From Nitrosopumilales archaeon (GTDB lineage: Archaea; Thermoproteota; Nitrososphaeria; Nitrososphaerales; Nitrosopumilaceae), in NCBI GenBank assembly GCA_016276965.1, contig JADNRU010000001.1, positions 14,499-78,498 of the forward strand: a stretch of DNA of 64,000 bases. The letters are read 5' to 3'. A program made the translations under genes and the position numbers. The notes beneath the pieces were generated by a model, which ran no database searches, was not told the DNA's origin, and was given only the letters and a program-made list of their open reading frames with translations. Of the stretch, positions 8,525 to 18,167 are shown piece after piece; the stretch's first letter is position 1; each line of letters starts with the position of its first letter.

Positions 8525-9928
8525 ATGGCACAACAAACAATGGAAATTAGTACTATTAACCCAGCCACAGAGGAAATTTTATCAAATTATGAAGAAATGA
8601 GTAAAGCTAAAGTTGAAAGCATAGTCGAAAAAGCAAAAACGACTTTTTCCTGGTGGAAACTTGATTATGAAAAAAGAAGAGGTTGTGTCTATAACCTAGC
8701 TGAATACCTGAAGAAAAACAAAACAGAACTTGCAAAAATTGCTACAAAAGAAATGGGTAAAGTTCTAAAAGAATCCATTTCTGAAGTCGAAAAATGCGCT
8801 TGGGTTTTAGAGTTTTACGCTGATCATGCTAAGAGCTTTCTTTCTGAAGAAGTTCTGAATACTGATGCAAGAAAAAGTTTCATCACATTTGAACCACTAG
8901 GAATTATTGGTTCCATAATGCCATGGAATTTTCCATATTGGCAGTGTCTCAGATTTGCTGCACCATGTTTAATGGCAGGAAATACAATTATTATGAAACC
9001 TTCAAGGGTTACTATACAATGTGGAATTGAGCTTGAAAAAGCTTGTACAGAAGCTGGATTTCCTGAAGGGGTATTTCAGACCGTGGTGGGAAGTTCAAAT
9101 GTTGCAAACTATCTAATTGACTCTGACATTAATGCTGTTACTTTTACTGGTAGTACCCAAATTGGAGCACTGGTTGGGAAAAGAGCCATATCACAATTGA
9201 AAAAATGTGTTTTGGAATTAGGAGGAAGTGATCCTTTCATTGTACTTGATGACGCAAATATTGAAAAAGCAACAAATGGAGCAGTTAAAGGCCGATTTAT
9301 CAATTGTGGCCAAAGCTGTATTGCCTCAAAAAGATTTTTTGTTTCAAAAAAGGTTGCTGATGAGTTCATAGAAGGTTTTGTTAAAAAGGCATCAAGATTG
9401 AAAGTAGGTGATCCTATGGTAACAGAAAATGACATTGGCCCATTAGTTAACAAAGAAGCGCTTGAAAATATTTCTTCTATTGTAGAAGATGCAAAAGAAA
9501 AAGGTGCTGAAATTCTATTAGGCGGTTCTGAAATTGATGGAAAAGGATACTATTACAAACCAACTATTCTGAAAAATATTAAACCCGATATGAAAATTGC
9601 CAGTGAGGAGACTTTTGGTCCAGTAGCACCAATTACTATAGTAGAAGATGAAAAAGAAGCAGTAAAACTATCTAATAGCATTGAATTTGGTTTGGGTGCA
9701 AGTATATGGACGGAAAATCTTACGAAAGCCGAAAATTTGTCAAGACAAATAGAATCAGGTATAGTAAGTGTAAATAATGTAGTAATTTCAGATCCTAGAA
9801 TACCATTTGGAGGAATAAAACACAGTGGATTTGGTAGAGAGCTTTCCAGATACGGAATGCTAGAATTTGTGAACATTAAATCCGTAAGATTTTACGATCA
9901 ATTAATCCATCATCATTATGTAGAGTAA
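8525..9928 (+). CDS. NAD(P)-dependent aldehyde dehydrogenase (succinate-semialdehyde dehydrogenase-like)
   Basis: 467 aa. ALDH motifs are MPWNFPYWQ, FTGSTQIG, ELGGSDP, CGQSCIASKRF (catalytic Cys) and EETFGPV. Confidence 0.85.
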   Translation: MAQQTMEISTINPATEEILSNYEEMSKAKVESIVEKAKTTFSWWKLDYEKRRGCVYNLAEYLKKNKTELAKIATKEMGKVLKESISEVEKCAWVLEFYADHAKSFLSEEVLNTDARKSFITFEPLGIIGSIMPWNFPYWQCLRFAAPCLMAGNTIIMKPSRVTIQCGIELEKACTEAGFPEGVFQTVVGSSNVANYLIDSDINAVTFTGSTQIGALVGKRAISQLKKCVLELGGSDPFIVLDDANIEKATNGAVKGRFINCGQSCIASKRFFVSKKVADEFIEGFVKKASRLKVGDPMVTENDIGPLVNKEALENISSIVEDAKEKGAEILLGGSEIDGKGYYYKPTILKNIKPDMKIASEETFGPVAPITIVEDEKEAVKLSNSIEFGLGASIWTENLTKAENLSRQIESGIVSVNNVVISDPRIPFGGIKHSGFGRELSRYGMLEFVNIKSVRFYDQLIHHHYVE

Positions 9929-9931
9929 TTT

Positions 9932-11497
9932 ATGTTTGAAAATGAATTCACATGGGGCAAGGCAGTTGCCGAAAATACCCAAGATGATTTTCATGAAAAA
10001 TATGAAAAAGCTCTTGAAGATGTAAAAAATGACCTTAACAAAGAATATCCAATTATAATTAATGGTAAGGAACTTTTTTTAGAAAAAAAATTTGAAGTAA
10101 AATCACCTTCAGACACTAGAATAATCGTAGCAAAATTTCCTTTAGCTTCAAAAGAAGAGACCATAAATGCAATAAAATCTGCTAAAGAAGCCTTTCATGA
10201 ATGGAGTAACACTCCCTACCAAACCAGAGCTAAAATTTTCCAAGAATGCGCAGATTATTTTTCAAAACGCAAATTTTACTTATGTGCATTAATGTCATTT
10301 GAAAACGGAAAAAATAGGATCGAAGCAATGGGTGATGTAGATGAAGCAATTGATTTTATGAGATTTTATGCTTATCAATTAGAAACAAACAAGGGATTTT
10401 CAAAAGAGACATTCCATCCTAATCCTAAAGAAAAGACTAGAACCATTCTCAAACCATATGGAGTTTGGGGAATTATTGCTCCATTTAATTTCCCCTCAGC
10501 AATAGCAATTGGAATGACTACTGCTGCTCTAATCACAGGCAACACAGCAGTGTTAAAACCTGCAAGTGATACTCCTTTATCATCCTTTGAATTTGCAAAG
10601 ACAATTTACAAAAAATTGCCCCCTGGTGGAATAAACTTTGTAACAGGATCAGGGAGTGTTGTAGGACAAACTATTATTCAAAGTCTTGAAGTTGATGGAA
10701 TTGCTTTTACAGGCTCTAGAGAAGTAGGACTGTCTGGATTTAAAAAATTCACAGAAACAGAAACTAAACCCTTCATCTCTGAGATGGGAGGTAAAAATCC
10801 AGTAATTGTAACAAAATCAGCTGATATTGAAAATGCAACAGAAGGAGTAATGCGTGCATCATTTGGATATGGTGGACAAAAATGTAGTGCATGTTCTAGA
10901 GTTTATGTACAAAATGAAATAGCTGATAAATTCATTGAAAAACTTGTAGAAAAAACGAAATCATTAAAAATTGGCTTACCTTGGCAAAAAGATGTTTTTT
11001 TGGGACCTGTAATCAATAAAGCTGCTCTAAAAAAATTTGAAGAAGCATCTGAGCTTGTAAAAAAAGATGGACAAATCCTTACAGGTGGCACAGTTTTAAA
11101 AGATCAAGAACATGAAAATGGATACTATGTTCAACCAACGATAGTTACCAAACTTTCACCAGATCACAAATTAACTAAAGAAGAATTATTTTTACCATTT
11201 CTATGCATTTACAAATATGAAGACTTTGATGATGCAATAAAACTTGCAAACGAAACTGAATATGGTTTAACAGCAGGCATTTTTAGCAAAGATCCAAATC
11301 AACTAGAAAAATTTTTTTATGAAATTCAAGCAGGTACTGTTTATGCTAATCGAACTTCTAGTGCAACAACTGCAGCTTTGGTTCAAAGTCAACCTTTCGT
11401 CGGATGGAAACATTCCGGTTCCACTGGAAAAGGTGCAGGTGGTGAAAACTATTTACAACAATTTATGCGTGGTCAAACTCAGACACGGTGTGATTGA
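9932..11497 (+). CDS. 1-pyrroline-5-carboxylate (L-glutamate gamma-semialdehyde) dehydrogenase
   Basis: 521 aa ALDH with APFNFP, EMGGKNP, GYGGQKCSACSRVYV and EELFLPF, matching the RocA/PruA type. It is convergent with a proline dehydrogenase gene. Confidence 0.85.
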   Translation: MFENEFTWGKAVAENTQDDFHEKYEKALEDVKNDLNKEYPIIINGKELFLEKKFEVKSPSDTRIIVAKFPLASKEETINAIKSAKEAFHEWSNTPYQTRAKIFQECADYFSKRKFYLCALMSFENGKNRIEAMGDVDEAIDFMRFYAYQLETNKGFSKETFHPNPKEKTRTILKPYGVWGIIAPFNFPSAIAIGMTTAALITGNTAVLKPASDTPLSSFEFAKTIYKKLPPGGINFVTGSGSVVGQTIIQSLEVDGIAFTGSREVGLSGFKKFTETETKPFISEMGGKNPVIVTKSADIENATEGVMRASFGYGGQKCSACSRVYVQNEIADKFIEKLVEKTKSLKIGLPWQKDVFLGPVINKAALKKFEEASELVKKDGQILTGGTVLKDQEHENGYYVQPTIVTKLSPDHKLTKEELFLPFLCIYKYEDFDDAIKLANETEYGLTAGIFSKDPNQLEKFFYEIQAGTVYANRTSSATTAALVQSQPFVGWKHSGSTGKGAGGENYLQQFMRGQTQTRCD

Positions 11498-12351
11498 AGA
11501 AAAGAACTACCAAGAAGCAAAATGTTTCTCTTTCTTTCTTTTAATCTACGAATCGAGTAGGGTAGCCAATTGGTACCATATGGAATGTAATCAGAAACTC
11601 CAAAACCCTTTTTGAGCAATTTCGGCTTTAATTCATCTCGAATTCCTTTTAACATCTGAAACTCAAACCTGCGATGGAATTTTTTTGAGAGTCTAATAGC
11701 AGTTTTTATCATGTTTGAATCATGAGTAGCAATGCCAAACTCGTTTCCTTCTTTGAAAAGTAATTTCATGAGGTAAATGTAATTCTTATCAACTTTGTCT
11801 TTAGATACGAAGGCAATCTTACTGTTTTCTTTATAAGCACCTTTTACAAGTCGTATTTTTGCTCCATAATTTAGCAAATCTTTCAAATCATTTTCACTCC
11901 GTTTCAGATTTGCTTGTATACAAATTCCAAGTCTTTCATATCTAGCGAATAAATCTTGATAAATTCCCATGGTTTCATCTGTGTGTTCTGATGATTCCAT
12001 ATCTAACCAAACAAAAACATGAGCTAACGATGCGCTTTTGATTAAATTTTGAAAATTTTTCAAACATTCTTTTTTACTTATTGAAAGGCCAACTTGTGTT
12101 GGTTTTACTGATATTGCTCCTCTAACTTTCCACTTTCTAAAAGAGGACATGATTACTTTGTATTCTTTTATTGTTTGGTTAATTGGCTTTTTTGAGGTAT
12201 GATATTCTCCAAGTTTGTTAACAATAGCATGTCTTCCATTCTTGTAAGCAAATTTTGCTGATTCAAGAGCATCATTTATTGAATCTCCTGCTATCCATTG
12301 CTTTGCTACACCAAATAGGATTTTTTCCATTAGTCTTGTTACTGATACCAT
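11479..12351 (-). CDS. Proline dehydrogenase
   Basis: 290 aa with IRLVKGAYKE and the terminal ...YIPYGTNWLPYSIRRLKERKRN typical of monofunctional ProDH. Its 3' end overlaps the P5CDH 3' end by 19 nt. Confidence 0.8.
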   Translation of the reverse strand: MVSVTRLMEKILFGVAKQWIAGDSINDALESAKFAYKNGRHAIVNKLGEYHTSKKPINQTIKEYKVIMSSFRKWKVRGAISVKPTQVGLSISKKECLKNFQNLIKSASLAHVFVWLDMESSEHTDETMGIYQDLFARYERLGICIQANLKRSENDLKDLLNYGAKIRLVKGAYKENSKIAFVSKDKVDKNYIYLMKLLFKEGNEFGIATHDSNMIKTAIRLSKKFHRRFEFQMLKGIRDELKPKLLKKGFGVSDYIPYGTNWLPYSIRRLKERKRNILLLGSSFLQSHRV

Positions 12352-12437
12352 TTGCTCTTCATTCTCTATAGTAATGTAAAAAATTTTACTAAAAGAAAAT
12401 GATGCTTTTTATACAGATGTATGCTCAGCTACTCAAT

Positions 12438-13028
12438 ATGTTTACTGGAATCATTGAGGTAGTTGGAAAAGTGATTAAAATCAATAAGAGTACAAAAAAT
12501 CGTAGTGCTTTTCAGATGACAGTTGATTTGGGAAAACACGCTAAAGGTCTTAAGATTGGCCAAAGCGTTGCCTTAAATGGAGTTTGTCTGAGCGTAACAA
12601 AAATTGTAAAAAAAAAATGTAATTTTGAAATGATTGACGAAACTATAAAAAAAACTGATCTTGGAAATTTGATTCCAGGAGCAGAAGTAAACATAGAACG
12701 AAGCGTGAAGGCAGGAGACAGGATGGAAGGACACTTTGTTTTAGGACATATTGATGGTGTTGGAATAATAAAAAAAATCGAAAAAAAACCTAAAGAGGTA
12801 AAAATTTGGTTTGAAGTACCAAAAAATCTTTCAAAGTTTATTGTAAAAAAAGGATCTATTGCAATAGATGGAATTAGTCTTACCGTTGTTGATATTAAAA
12901 AGAACATAGCCTCAGTTTGTTTGATTCCTCATACCATGAAAGTTACAAATTTTCATTCAAAAAAAATTGGCGACAAGCTTAATATTGAAACTGATATTTT
13001 AGGAAAATACATCCTAAAACAAACCTAA
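12438..13028 (+). CDS. ribE: Riboflavin synthase (alpha chain, two lumazine-binding repeats)
   Basis: Canonical N-terminus MFTGIIEVVGKV at the ATG at 12438. The track ORF begins 13 codons earlier. An internal repeat has GHFVLGHIDGVG. Confidence 0.9.
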   Translation: MFTGIIEVVGKVIKINKSTKNRSAFQMTVDLGKHAKGLKIGQSVALNGVCLSVTKIVKKKCNFEMIDETIKKTDLGNLIPGAEVNIERSVKAGDRMEGHFVLGHIDGVGIIKKIEKKPKEVKIWFEVPKNLSKFIVKKGSIAIDGISLTVVDIKKNIASVCLIPHTMKVTNFHSKKIGDKLNIETDILGKYILKQT

Positions 13029-13100
13029 TCTATTACTACTTTTGTGGTAATTACCAATTTTTTAGTTAACTTTATAATCTGAAATTTAGCTAGATTTATC

Positions 13101-13775
13101 ATGTCACTTGAAAATGCTATTTCTTCTTTAAAACGTGGAGAATTTGTTTTAATGCATGATTCTACTGGAAGAGAAAATGAAATTGATATGGTAGTTGCAG
13201 CAGAATTTGTTACTCCTGAACACATTGCACGTATGCGTCAACATGCGGGAGGACTGTTATGCTTGGTAATTAACAACTCTCTTGGTAAAAAACTTGGTCT
13301 ACGATATATGCATGACATTTTATCTAATTCAGATTATTTTGATTCAAATTCAAAAGAGATGATAATGGGGCTTGCACCTTATGGCGATCACCCTACATTC
13401 TCAATATCGATTAACCATTACCAAACCTACACTGGAATTACCGATAGAGATAGAGCTCTTACTATTCGAGAAATGGCCAATCTTAACAAAGCAGATAATC
13501 AAAGAAACAAGTTTGTTTCGTCTTTTAAAACACCAGGTCATGTTCCAGTCTTAATTGCTTCAGAAGGACTACTTTCAAACAGGAGGGGACATACTGAAAT
13601 GTCAGTATATCTGACCCAAGTCGCAGAATTAACTCCTGTATGTGCAATTTGTGAGATGATGGATTCCCAAACATATGCGGCATTATCCGTTGAAAAAGCA
13701 AAAAAATATGCAAAACAAAACGCCATCCCATTTATCGATGGCAAAGAACTATTAGAATACGCTAAGGTGTACTAA
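13101..13775 (+). CDS. ribB: 3,4-dihydroxy-2-butanone 4-phosphate synthase
   Basis: GRENEIDMVVAAEFVTPEHIARMRQHAGGLLCL and RRGHTEMSV motifs. Confidence 0.9.
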   Translation: MSLENAISSLKRGEFVLMHDSTGRENEIDMVVAAEFVTPEHIARMRQHAGGLLCLVINNSLGKKLGLRYMHDILSNSDYFDSNSKEMIMGLAPYGDHPTFSISINHYQTYTGITDRDRALTIREMANLNKADNQRNKFVSSFKTPGHVPVLIASEGLLSNRRGHTEMSVYLTQVAELTPVCAICEMMDSQTYAALSVEKAKKYAKQNAIPFIDGKELLEYAKVY

Positions 13776-13777
13776 TT

Positions 13778-14191
13778 TTGAATATTGCTATAGTGACCTC
13801 GGAATTTAACCAGAAAGTAACATCTAAAATGCTAGAAGTTGCTCAAGAAAAAGCACGACTTCTCAAACTAAATGTAAAATATACATGTAAGGTCCCTGGC
13901 ATTTTTGATATTCCATTATTAGTTGATACTTTACTTGAAAAAAAAGAAATTGATGCAGTAGTTACCTTAGGAGCCGCAATTAAAGGAAAAACAAAACATG
14001 ATGAATTGATTGCAAATGCTACAGCAACCAGACTAACTAAACTTTCACTTAAACACAAAAAACCAGTAACTTTAGGAATTACAGGACCCGGAATGGGGGA
14101 AAGACAAGCCTACGCCCGAATAAGACCTGTGGCAGAAAGAGCAGTAGAAGCAGCCTTAAAAATTTCACAAGAATTAGAAAAAATAAGGTAA
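13778..14191 (+). CDS. ribH: 6,7-dimethyl-8-ribityllumazine synthase
   Basis: 137 aa. IAIVTSEFNQKVTSKM, VPGIFDIP and TLGAAIKGKTKHDE motifs. It lies in the rib operon. Confidence 0.9.
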   Translation: MNIAIVTSEFNQKVTSKMLEVAQEKARLLKLNVKYTCKVPGIFDIPLLVDTLLEKKEIDAVVTLGAAIKGKTKHDELIANATATRLTKLSLKHKKPVTLGITGPGMGERQAYARIRPVAERAVEAALKISQELEKIR

Positions 14192-14192
14192 A

Positions 14193-14948
14193 TTGATTCA
14201 GTTAACTATAATCAAAATAAATGATTACGGACCTTGGACACTAACTTTAGGTAGTGATAGAGAACACCAGTTACAGATTTTACAGGCTTCTTTATACAAA
14301 GAAGTGCAGCAACTTTTCTCAGAAAAAAACTGCCTTGCTTTTTTGAATATAGCTGATGAATTTTTTGTATTAACTAATGGCTTATCCTTAGATGGCCATT
14401 TAGAAATACAAAAAAAATTAGAAAAATTATTTGATCTTAAACTTTCAATGTCTATTGGATATGGAAAAACTCCTTTTGATGCGAATCTCAAAGCTTATGA
14501 AGGTAAACAAACAGAAGTAATTTTAAACCTAGATCACAACATTTACGGTTTTGTTAATGGAGAAGCTGAGGACGAAGTTACCATAATGCATTTTGACATA
14601 GAAGGCATTACCTCAAAAAGAAAAACAAAATCACCGTATGAAATCTCTTCGACAATATTCAAACTTTATGCTACAATGTCAGAATATTTCTTGAATAAAA
14701 AATCAATGGCATTTTTTTTGGGAGGGGATAATTTTATGATTATATCAAATAAAGATGCAAAAGAAACTGCAAAGAAATTCATTGATACTACAAAAGAAAA
14801 TTTAGGAATTGTTTTAAATTGTGGAATTGGAAGGGGAAAAACAGCAAGAGAAGCTGCAAAACTTGCAACAAAATCACTTGATACCATAAGAGAAATTAGA
14901 GATTCTGGAAAGGAAAAACCAGAAATTTATGAAACATCATGCATCTAA
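14193..14948 (+). CDS. arfA: GTP cyclohydrolase III (archaeal ArfA type)
   Basis: N-terminus MIQLTIIKINDYGPWTLTLGSDREHQLQILQA matches the archaeal GCH III family (MJ0145-like). It lies in the rib operon. Confidence 0.85.
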   Translation: MIQLTIIKINDYGPWTLTLGSDREHQLQILQASLYKEVQQLFSEKNCLAFLNIADEFFVLTNGLSLDGHLEIQKKLEKLFDLKLSMSIGYGKTPFDANLKAYEGKQTEVILNLDHNIYGFVNGEAEDEVTIMHFDIEGITSKRKTKSPYEISSTIFKLYATMSEYFLNKKSMAFFLGGDNFMIISNKDAKETAKKFIDTTKENLGIVLNCGIGRGKTAREAAKLATKSLDTIREIRDSGKEKPEIYETSCI

Positions 14949-16129
14949 AAAATGCAAGTGTTCTTTACGGAAAAGATTTAAAATTCGTTTCATCAACAAA
15001 TATTAAAATCTCAGAACAAATTTTTAAAAAAATTAAACCATCATTACATCCTAGCTCTAATGAAGAATCCTTTGACTGTGAAGGATTATTACTAATCCCT
15101 GGACTAGTAAATTCTCATACTCATATTGGAGATTCTATTGCTAAAGATGTTATCTTAGACAAAAGCGTTGACTCAAAAATTCATCCAGTGATTGGCGCAA
15201 AAGCAAAAATTTTGAAAAAATCTAACTCTTTACATCTTTCAAATTTCATGAAAAACACGTGTCAGTCAATGTTGAAAAAAGGAATTACTACTTTTGTAGA
15301 CTTTCGCGAAGGTGGAACGGCAGGTATTTTACTTTTAAAAAAAGTCCTCTCTAGCGTACCAATTCGTTCAATAATTTTAGGGAGATTAGAATTTTATCAG
15401 GACCAAAAACAAATCAGGAAAAATATTTCTCTTTCCAATTTACAAAAAAATGAAGTCAATTTAATTTTAAAAAAATGTGATGGATTAGGAATTAGTGGTC
15501 CAAATGAAAACAGCAACTCAGTTCTAAAATTCTATTCTTGTACCAAAAAAATTCGAGCAATTCATTCAGCTGAGACAATTAAAAGCTCCAATTTTTCAAA
15601 GAAAATTTCCGGTAAAACTGAAACTCAGCGTGCATTACTTCTGAAACCGCATTTTCTAGTTCATATGACTTATTCCTCAAAGGCCGATTTACATACTATA
15701 GCAAAAAAAACTCGAGGGATAGTAATTTGTCCACGTGCAAACGCGACTTTAGCAGAAGGAATTCCAAATTTGGAAATGATGCTTAAAGCAAGATGCAACA
15801 TTGCAATTGGAACTGATAATGTAATGATAAATTCCCCAGATATGTTTAGGGAAATGGATTACCTATGGAAGGTCACAATGGGATTAAATCGAAAAAGAAT
15901 ATCCCCTAAACAAATTCTTCAAATGGCATCTGTAAACGCAGGAAGACTCTTACACAAAAAGATTGGAATAATAGAACCTGGTAAACTAGCAGATTGCGTT
16001 TTTATTGACAAGCATGCAATTGATTTAGAACCAATGCATAATCCTCATGCATCAATTGTTCACCGCGCATCAGAATCAACAATTCGTGCCGTAATGATAG
16101 GAGGAAAAATCGTTCATGGCAAAATTTAG
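14939..16129 (+). CDS. Amidohydrolase-superfamily protein (ATZ/TRZ / SsnA / nucleobase-deaminase-like) embedded in the riboflavin operon
   Basis: 396 aa. The HxH metal motif is LVNSHTHIGDS, with later IHSAE, VHMTY and AIGTDNV (Asp) motifs. It overlaps arfA by 10 nt and the downstream reductase gene by 14 nt. Confidence 0.8.
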   Translation: MHLKNASVLYGKDLKFVSSTNIKISEQIFKKIKPSLHPSSNEESFDCEGLLLIPGLVNSHTHIGDSIAKDVILDKSVDSKIHPVIGAKAKILKKSNSLHLSNFMKNTCQSMLKKGITTFVDFREGGTAGILLLKKVLSSVPIRSIILGRLEFYQDQKQIRKNISLSNLQKNEVNLILKKCDGLGISGPNENSNSVLKFYSCTKKIRAIHSAETIKSSNFSKKISGKTETQRALLLKPHFLVHMTYSSKADLHTIAKKTRGIVICPRANATLAEGIPNLEMMLKARCNIAIGTDNVMINSPDMFREMDYLWKVTMGLNRKRISPKQILQMASVNAGRLLHKKIGIIEPGKLADCVFIDKHAIDLEPMHNPHASIVHRASESTIRAVMIGGKIVHGKI

Positions 16130-16787
16130 GCCAACAATAATTCTTAGTGCAGCAATTACTCTAGATGGAAAAATTGCTTCTTACAAAGGAGATTCAGAAT
16201 TATCTTCTAAACATGACAAGGTTCGCATTCACAGATTACGTTCTAAAGTTGATGCCATTTTGGTAGGAAAAAACACGGTCATGCGAGATGATCCCTTACT
16301 CACAGTCAGACATGTAAAAGGAAAAAATCCAATTAGAATAATTCTTGATTCTAGAGCCACAATAAAATCCTCTTCTAAAATTATCAAAACTAGTAGAAAT
16401 ATTCCTACAATCATTGCTATATCAAAAAAAGCTACTCGTAAAAACATCCTTAGATTACAAAAACATCCAGTTGAGGTGATTATTTCAGGGAAAAATAGAG
16501 TCAATATCAAAGAACTTTTGAGAATTCTCAAAAGAAAAAAGATCAATAGAATACTTTTGGAGGGAGGTGGTACTGTCAATTGGGATTTTGTACGACGTGG
16601 TTTTGTTGATAAGGCTATAGTAACTCTAACACCATTTCTTGTTGGTGGAAAAGAAGCAATTACTTTAGTTGAAGGAAAAGGATTTTCAAAGATTTCAAAA
16701 TCACCTAGATTGAAACTAGAAAAAATAAATCGGCATGAAAATGAATTAGTATTATACTATTCATTGAAACATAATAAAAAAAATTAA
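16116..16787 (+). CDS. arfC: 2,5-diamino-6-ribosylamino-4(3H)-pyrimidinone 5'-phosphate reductase (RibD C-terminal-domain type, archaeal ArfC)
   Basis: 223 aa. SAAITLDGKIA, DAILVGKNTVMRDDPLLTVR and LLEGGGTVNW are motifs of the RibD reductase domain. Confidence 0.85.
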   Translation: MAKFRPTIILSAAITLDGKIASYKGDSELSSKHDKVRIHRLRSKVDAILVGKNTVMRDDPLLTVRHVKGKNPIRIILDSRATIKSSSKIIKTSRNIPTIIAISKKATRKNILRLQKHPVEVIISGKNRVNIKELLRILKRKKINRILLEGGGTVNWDFVRRGFVDKAIVTLTPFLVGGKEAITLVEGKGFSKISKSPRLKLEKINRHENELVLYYSLKHNKKN

Positions 16788-16880
16788 GAAATTAATTGAA
16801 AAATCAAAAAGTTATGATCTTATTATACCTATTACTGTTTCAAAATTCTAGTAATTATAAAATTTGTAAATTTTCGAATT

Positions 16881-17036
16881 TTATTCAATTCCGGCACCGC
16901 CGTCCTTTTTTTCTTCAAACTCTTTCATTTTCTGAGAGCAAGCAAGCATTTCTTCAGGCGTATGTCGACTTTTAGGTCTTTTACACATTGGACATACTTC
17001 TTCACCACCCCCATGTTTTGGTGGTTCGGTCATCAT
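16881..17036 (-). CDS. Possible small protein (51 aa), unannotated in the ORF track
   Basis: Manual translation gives MMTEPPKHGGGEEVCPMCKRPKSRHTPEEMLACSQKMKEFEEKKDGGAGIE-stop. It lies in a locally GC-richer patch of an otherwise AT-rich 300-bp gap. Confidence 0.3.
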   Translation of the reverse strand: MMTEPPKHGGGEEVCPMCKRPKSRHTPEEMLACSQKMKEFEEKKDGGAGIE

Positions 17037-17085
17037 AATGTAATTACGTACCTCTCTCTTATAGCAGTTTTAGAATGAATTAGAA

Positions 17086-17601
17086 TTATTTTCTCATATC
17101 TTTTTTTATATGATCAACTTTCCATGCAAAAGCCTTTTTTGCCTTATCATTTTTCTTCAAGTTTAAAACCTGACCGCATGAAGGACATTTGAAGAATACT
17201 TCTAGCGCGTTTTCAAAAGTAACTCTTGGACAATCTTCATTTCCACAATGATAAAAGTCAGAAGAACTTTCATAATCAAATCTCTGTTGAATTCTTTCAG
17301 AAATCTTTTTCTTTTGACCCTCTATGAAATTTTCAACCTCATCTCTTCTAGAACGCCATCTGTAAACAAACCAACCTTTCTTTTCGTCTTTTACTCTAAT
17401 CCCTGTGATTAGTGCTTTACCAAAAAGATCATAGAGAACTTTTCTAACCATGTTTATACGCAAACCAGTTGAACTTGCAATTTCTTCGTCTGTTGCATCT
17501 TCTGATTTTAAAAGAGACCTGGCTACCTTGAGATATTCATCCCCCCCAATCATTGTTGCGATTCTGACAAAGGGAGCTTCGTATTTGTCAATCAACGTCA
17601 T
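17086..17601 (-). CDS. tfe: Transcription factor E (TFE, TFIIE-alpha homologue)
   Basis: N-terminal winged helix (EEIASSTGLRINMVRKVLYDLF...GWFVYRWR) and a C-terminal zinc ribbon (CGNEDCPRVTF...FKCPSCG). Confidence 0.85.
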   Translation of the reverse strand: MTLIDKYEAPFVRIATMIGGDEYLKVARSLLKSEDATDEEIASSTGLRINMVRKVLYDLFGKALITGIRVKDEKKGWFVYRWRSRRDEVENFIEGQKKKISERIQQRFDYESSSDFYHCGNEDCPRVTFENALEVFFKCPSCGQVLNLKKNDKAKKAFAWKVDHIKKDMRK

Positions 17602-17621
17602 TTTCCGTCTCCTTCCTAGTA

Positions 17622-18167
17622 TTAATCCATTCTTTCATTAATCACCACATTTTTCCCATTTTTAGTAGGAATTATCCTTCTTCCAGGATTTTCATATTTT
17701 GCCAAAAACTGATTTCCTTTCTGAATTCTGTCTAAAACGACAGCAAGTGAACTTATTTCAGAATGAGGTTGATGGCCCACTGCAACATTATAGTCTGCCA
17801 TATCGTAAATCTCTCGAGGAACTTTTTTTGCTCCCACAATTATGAGAACTTTATCTTCTTTTTGTAGTTTGGATTCAACATCGTTAATGTTTTCCCCATA
17901 CATTGTTAGATGAATAATTTTTACAGATTTTGCTTTCTTTTCCTTGATGACCTTTTTCCAATCATCTACGAACTCGATTTCAAAATCTCCTCCCCAAGTT
18001 GAATTAATTTTTTCAAGGGTATCTTTGATTTCTGGATTTACTTCATTCATATAGATTTTAGAAGCACCAAAAGCTCTTGAAACTAGAGCAACATGTGTTG
18101 TAACTCTATCATCTCTTACTAATCGTTGTCCAATCCTTAGTATCTCAAAATTCATGGATTTTATCAA
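17622..18167 (-). CDS. tRNA (cytidine56-2'-O)-methyltransferase aTrm56 (SPOUT family)
   Basis: [27 protein letters not shown] and [20 protein letters not shown] match archaeal Trm56. The true start may be the M at residue 5. Confidence 0.85.
   Translation of the reverse strand: MIKSMNFEILRIGQRLVRDDRVTTHVALVSRAFGASKIYMNEVNPEIKDTLEKINSTWGGDFEIEFVDDWKKVIKEKKAKSVKIIHLTMYGENINDVESKLQKEDKVLIIVGAKKVPREIYDMADYNVAVGHQPHSEISSLAVVLDRIQKGNQFLAKYENPGRRIIPTKNGKNVVINERMD

Noticed and set aside
12399-12437. Upstream extensions of ribE (12399), cobD (33950-34033, overlapping asd), folP (46610) and mptE (to 46626)
   Set aside because: Family-typical N-termini begin at the downstream starts. The extensions create gene overlaps and add non-conserved residues.
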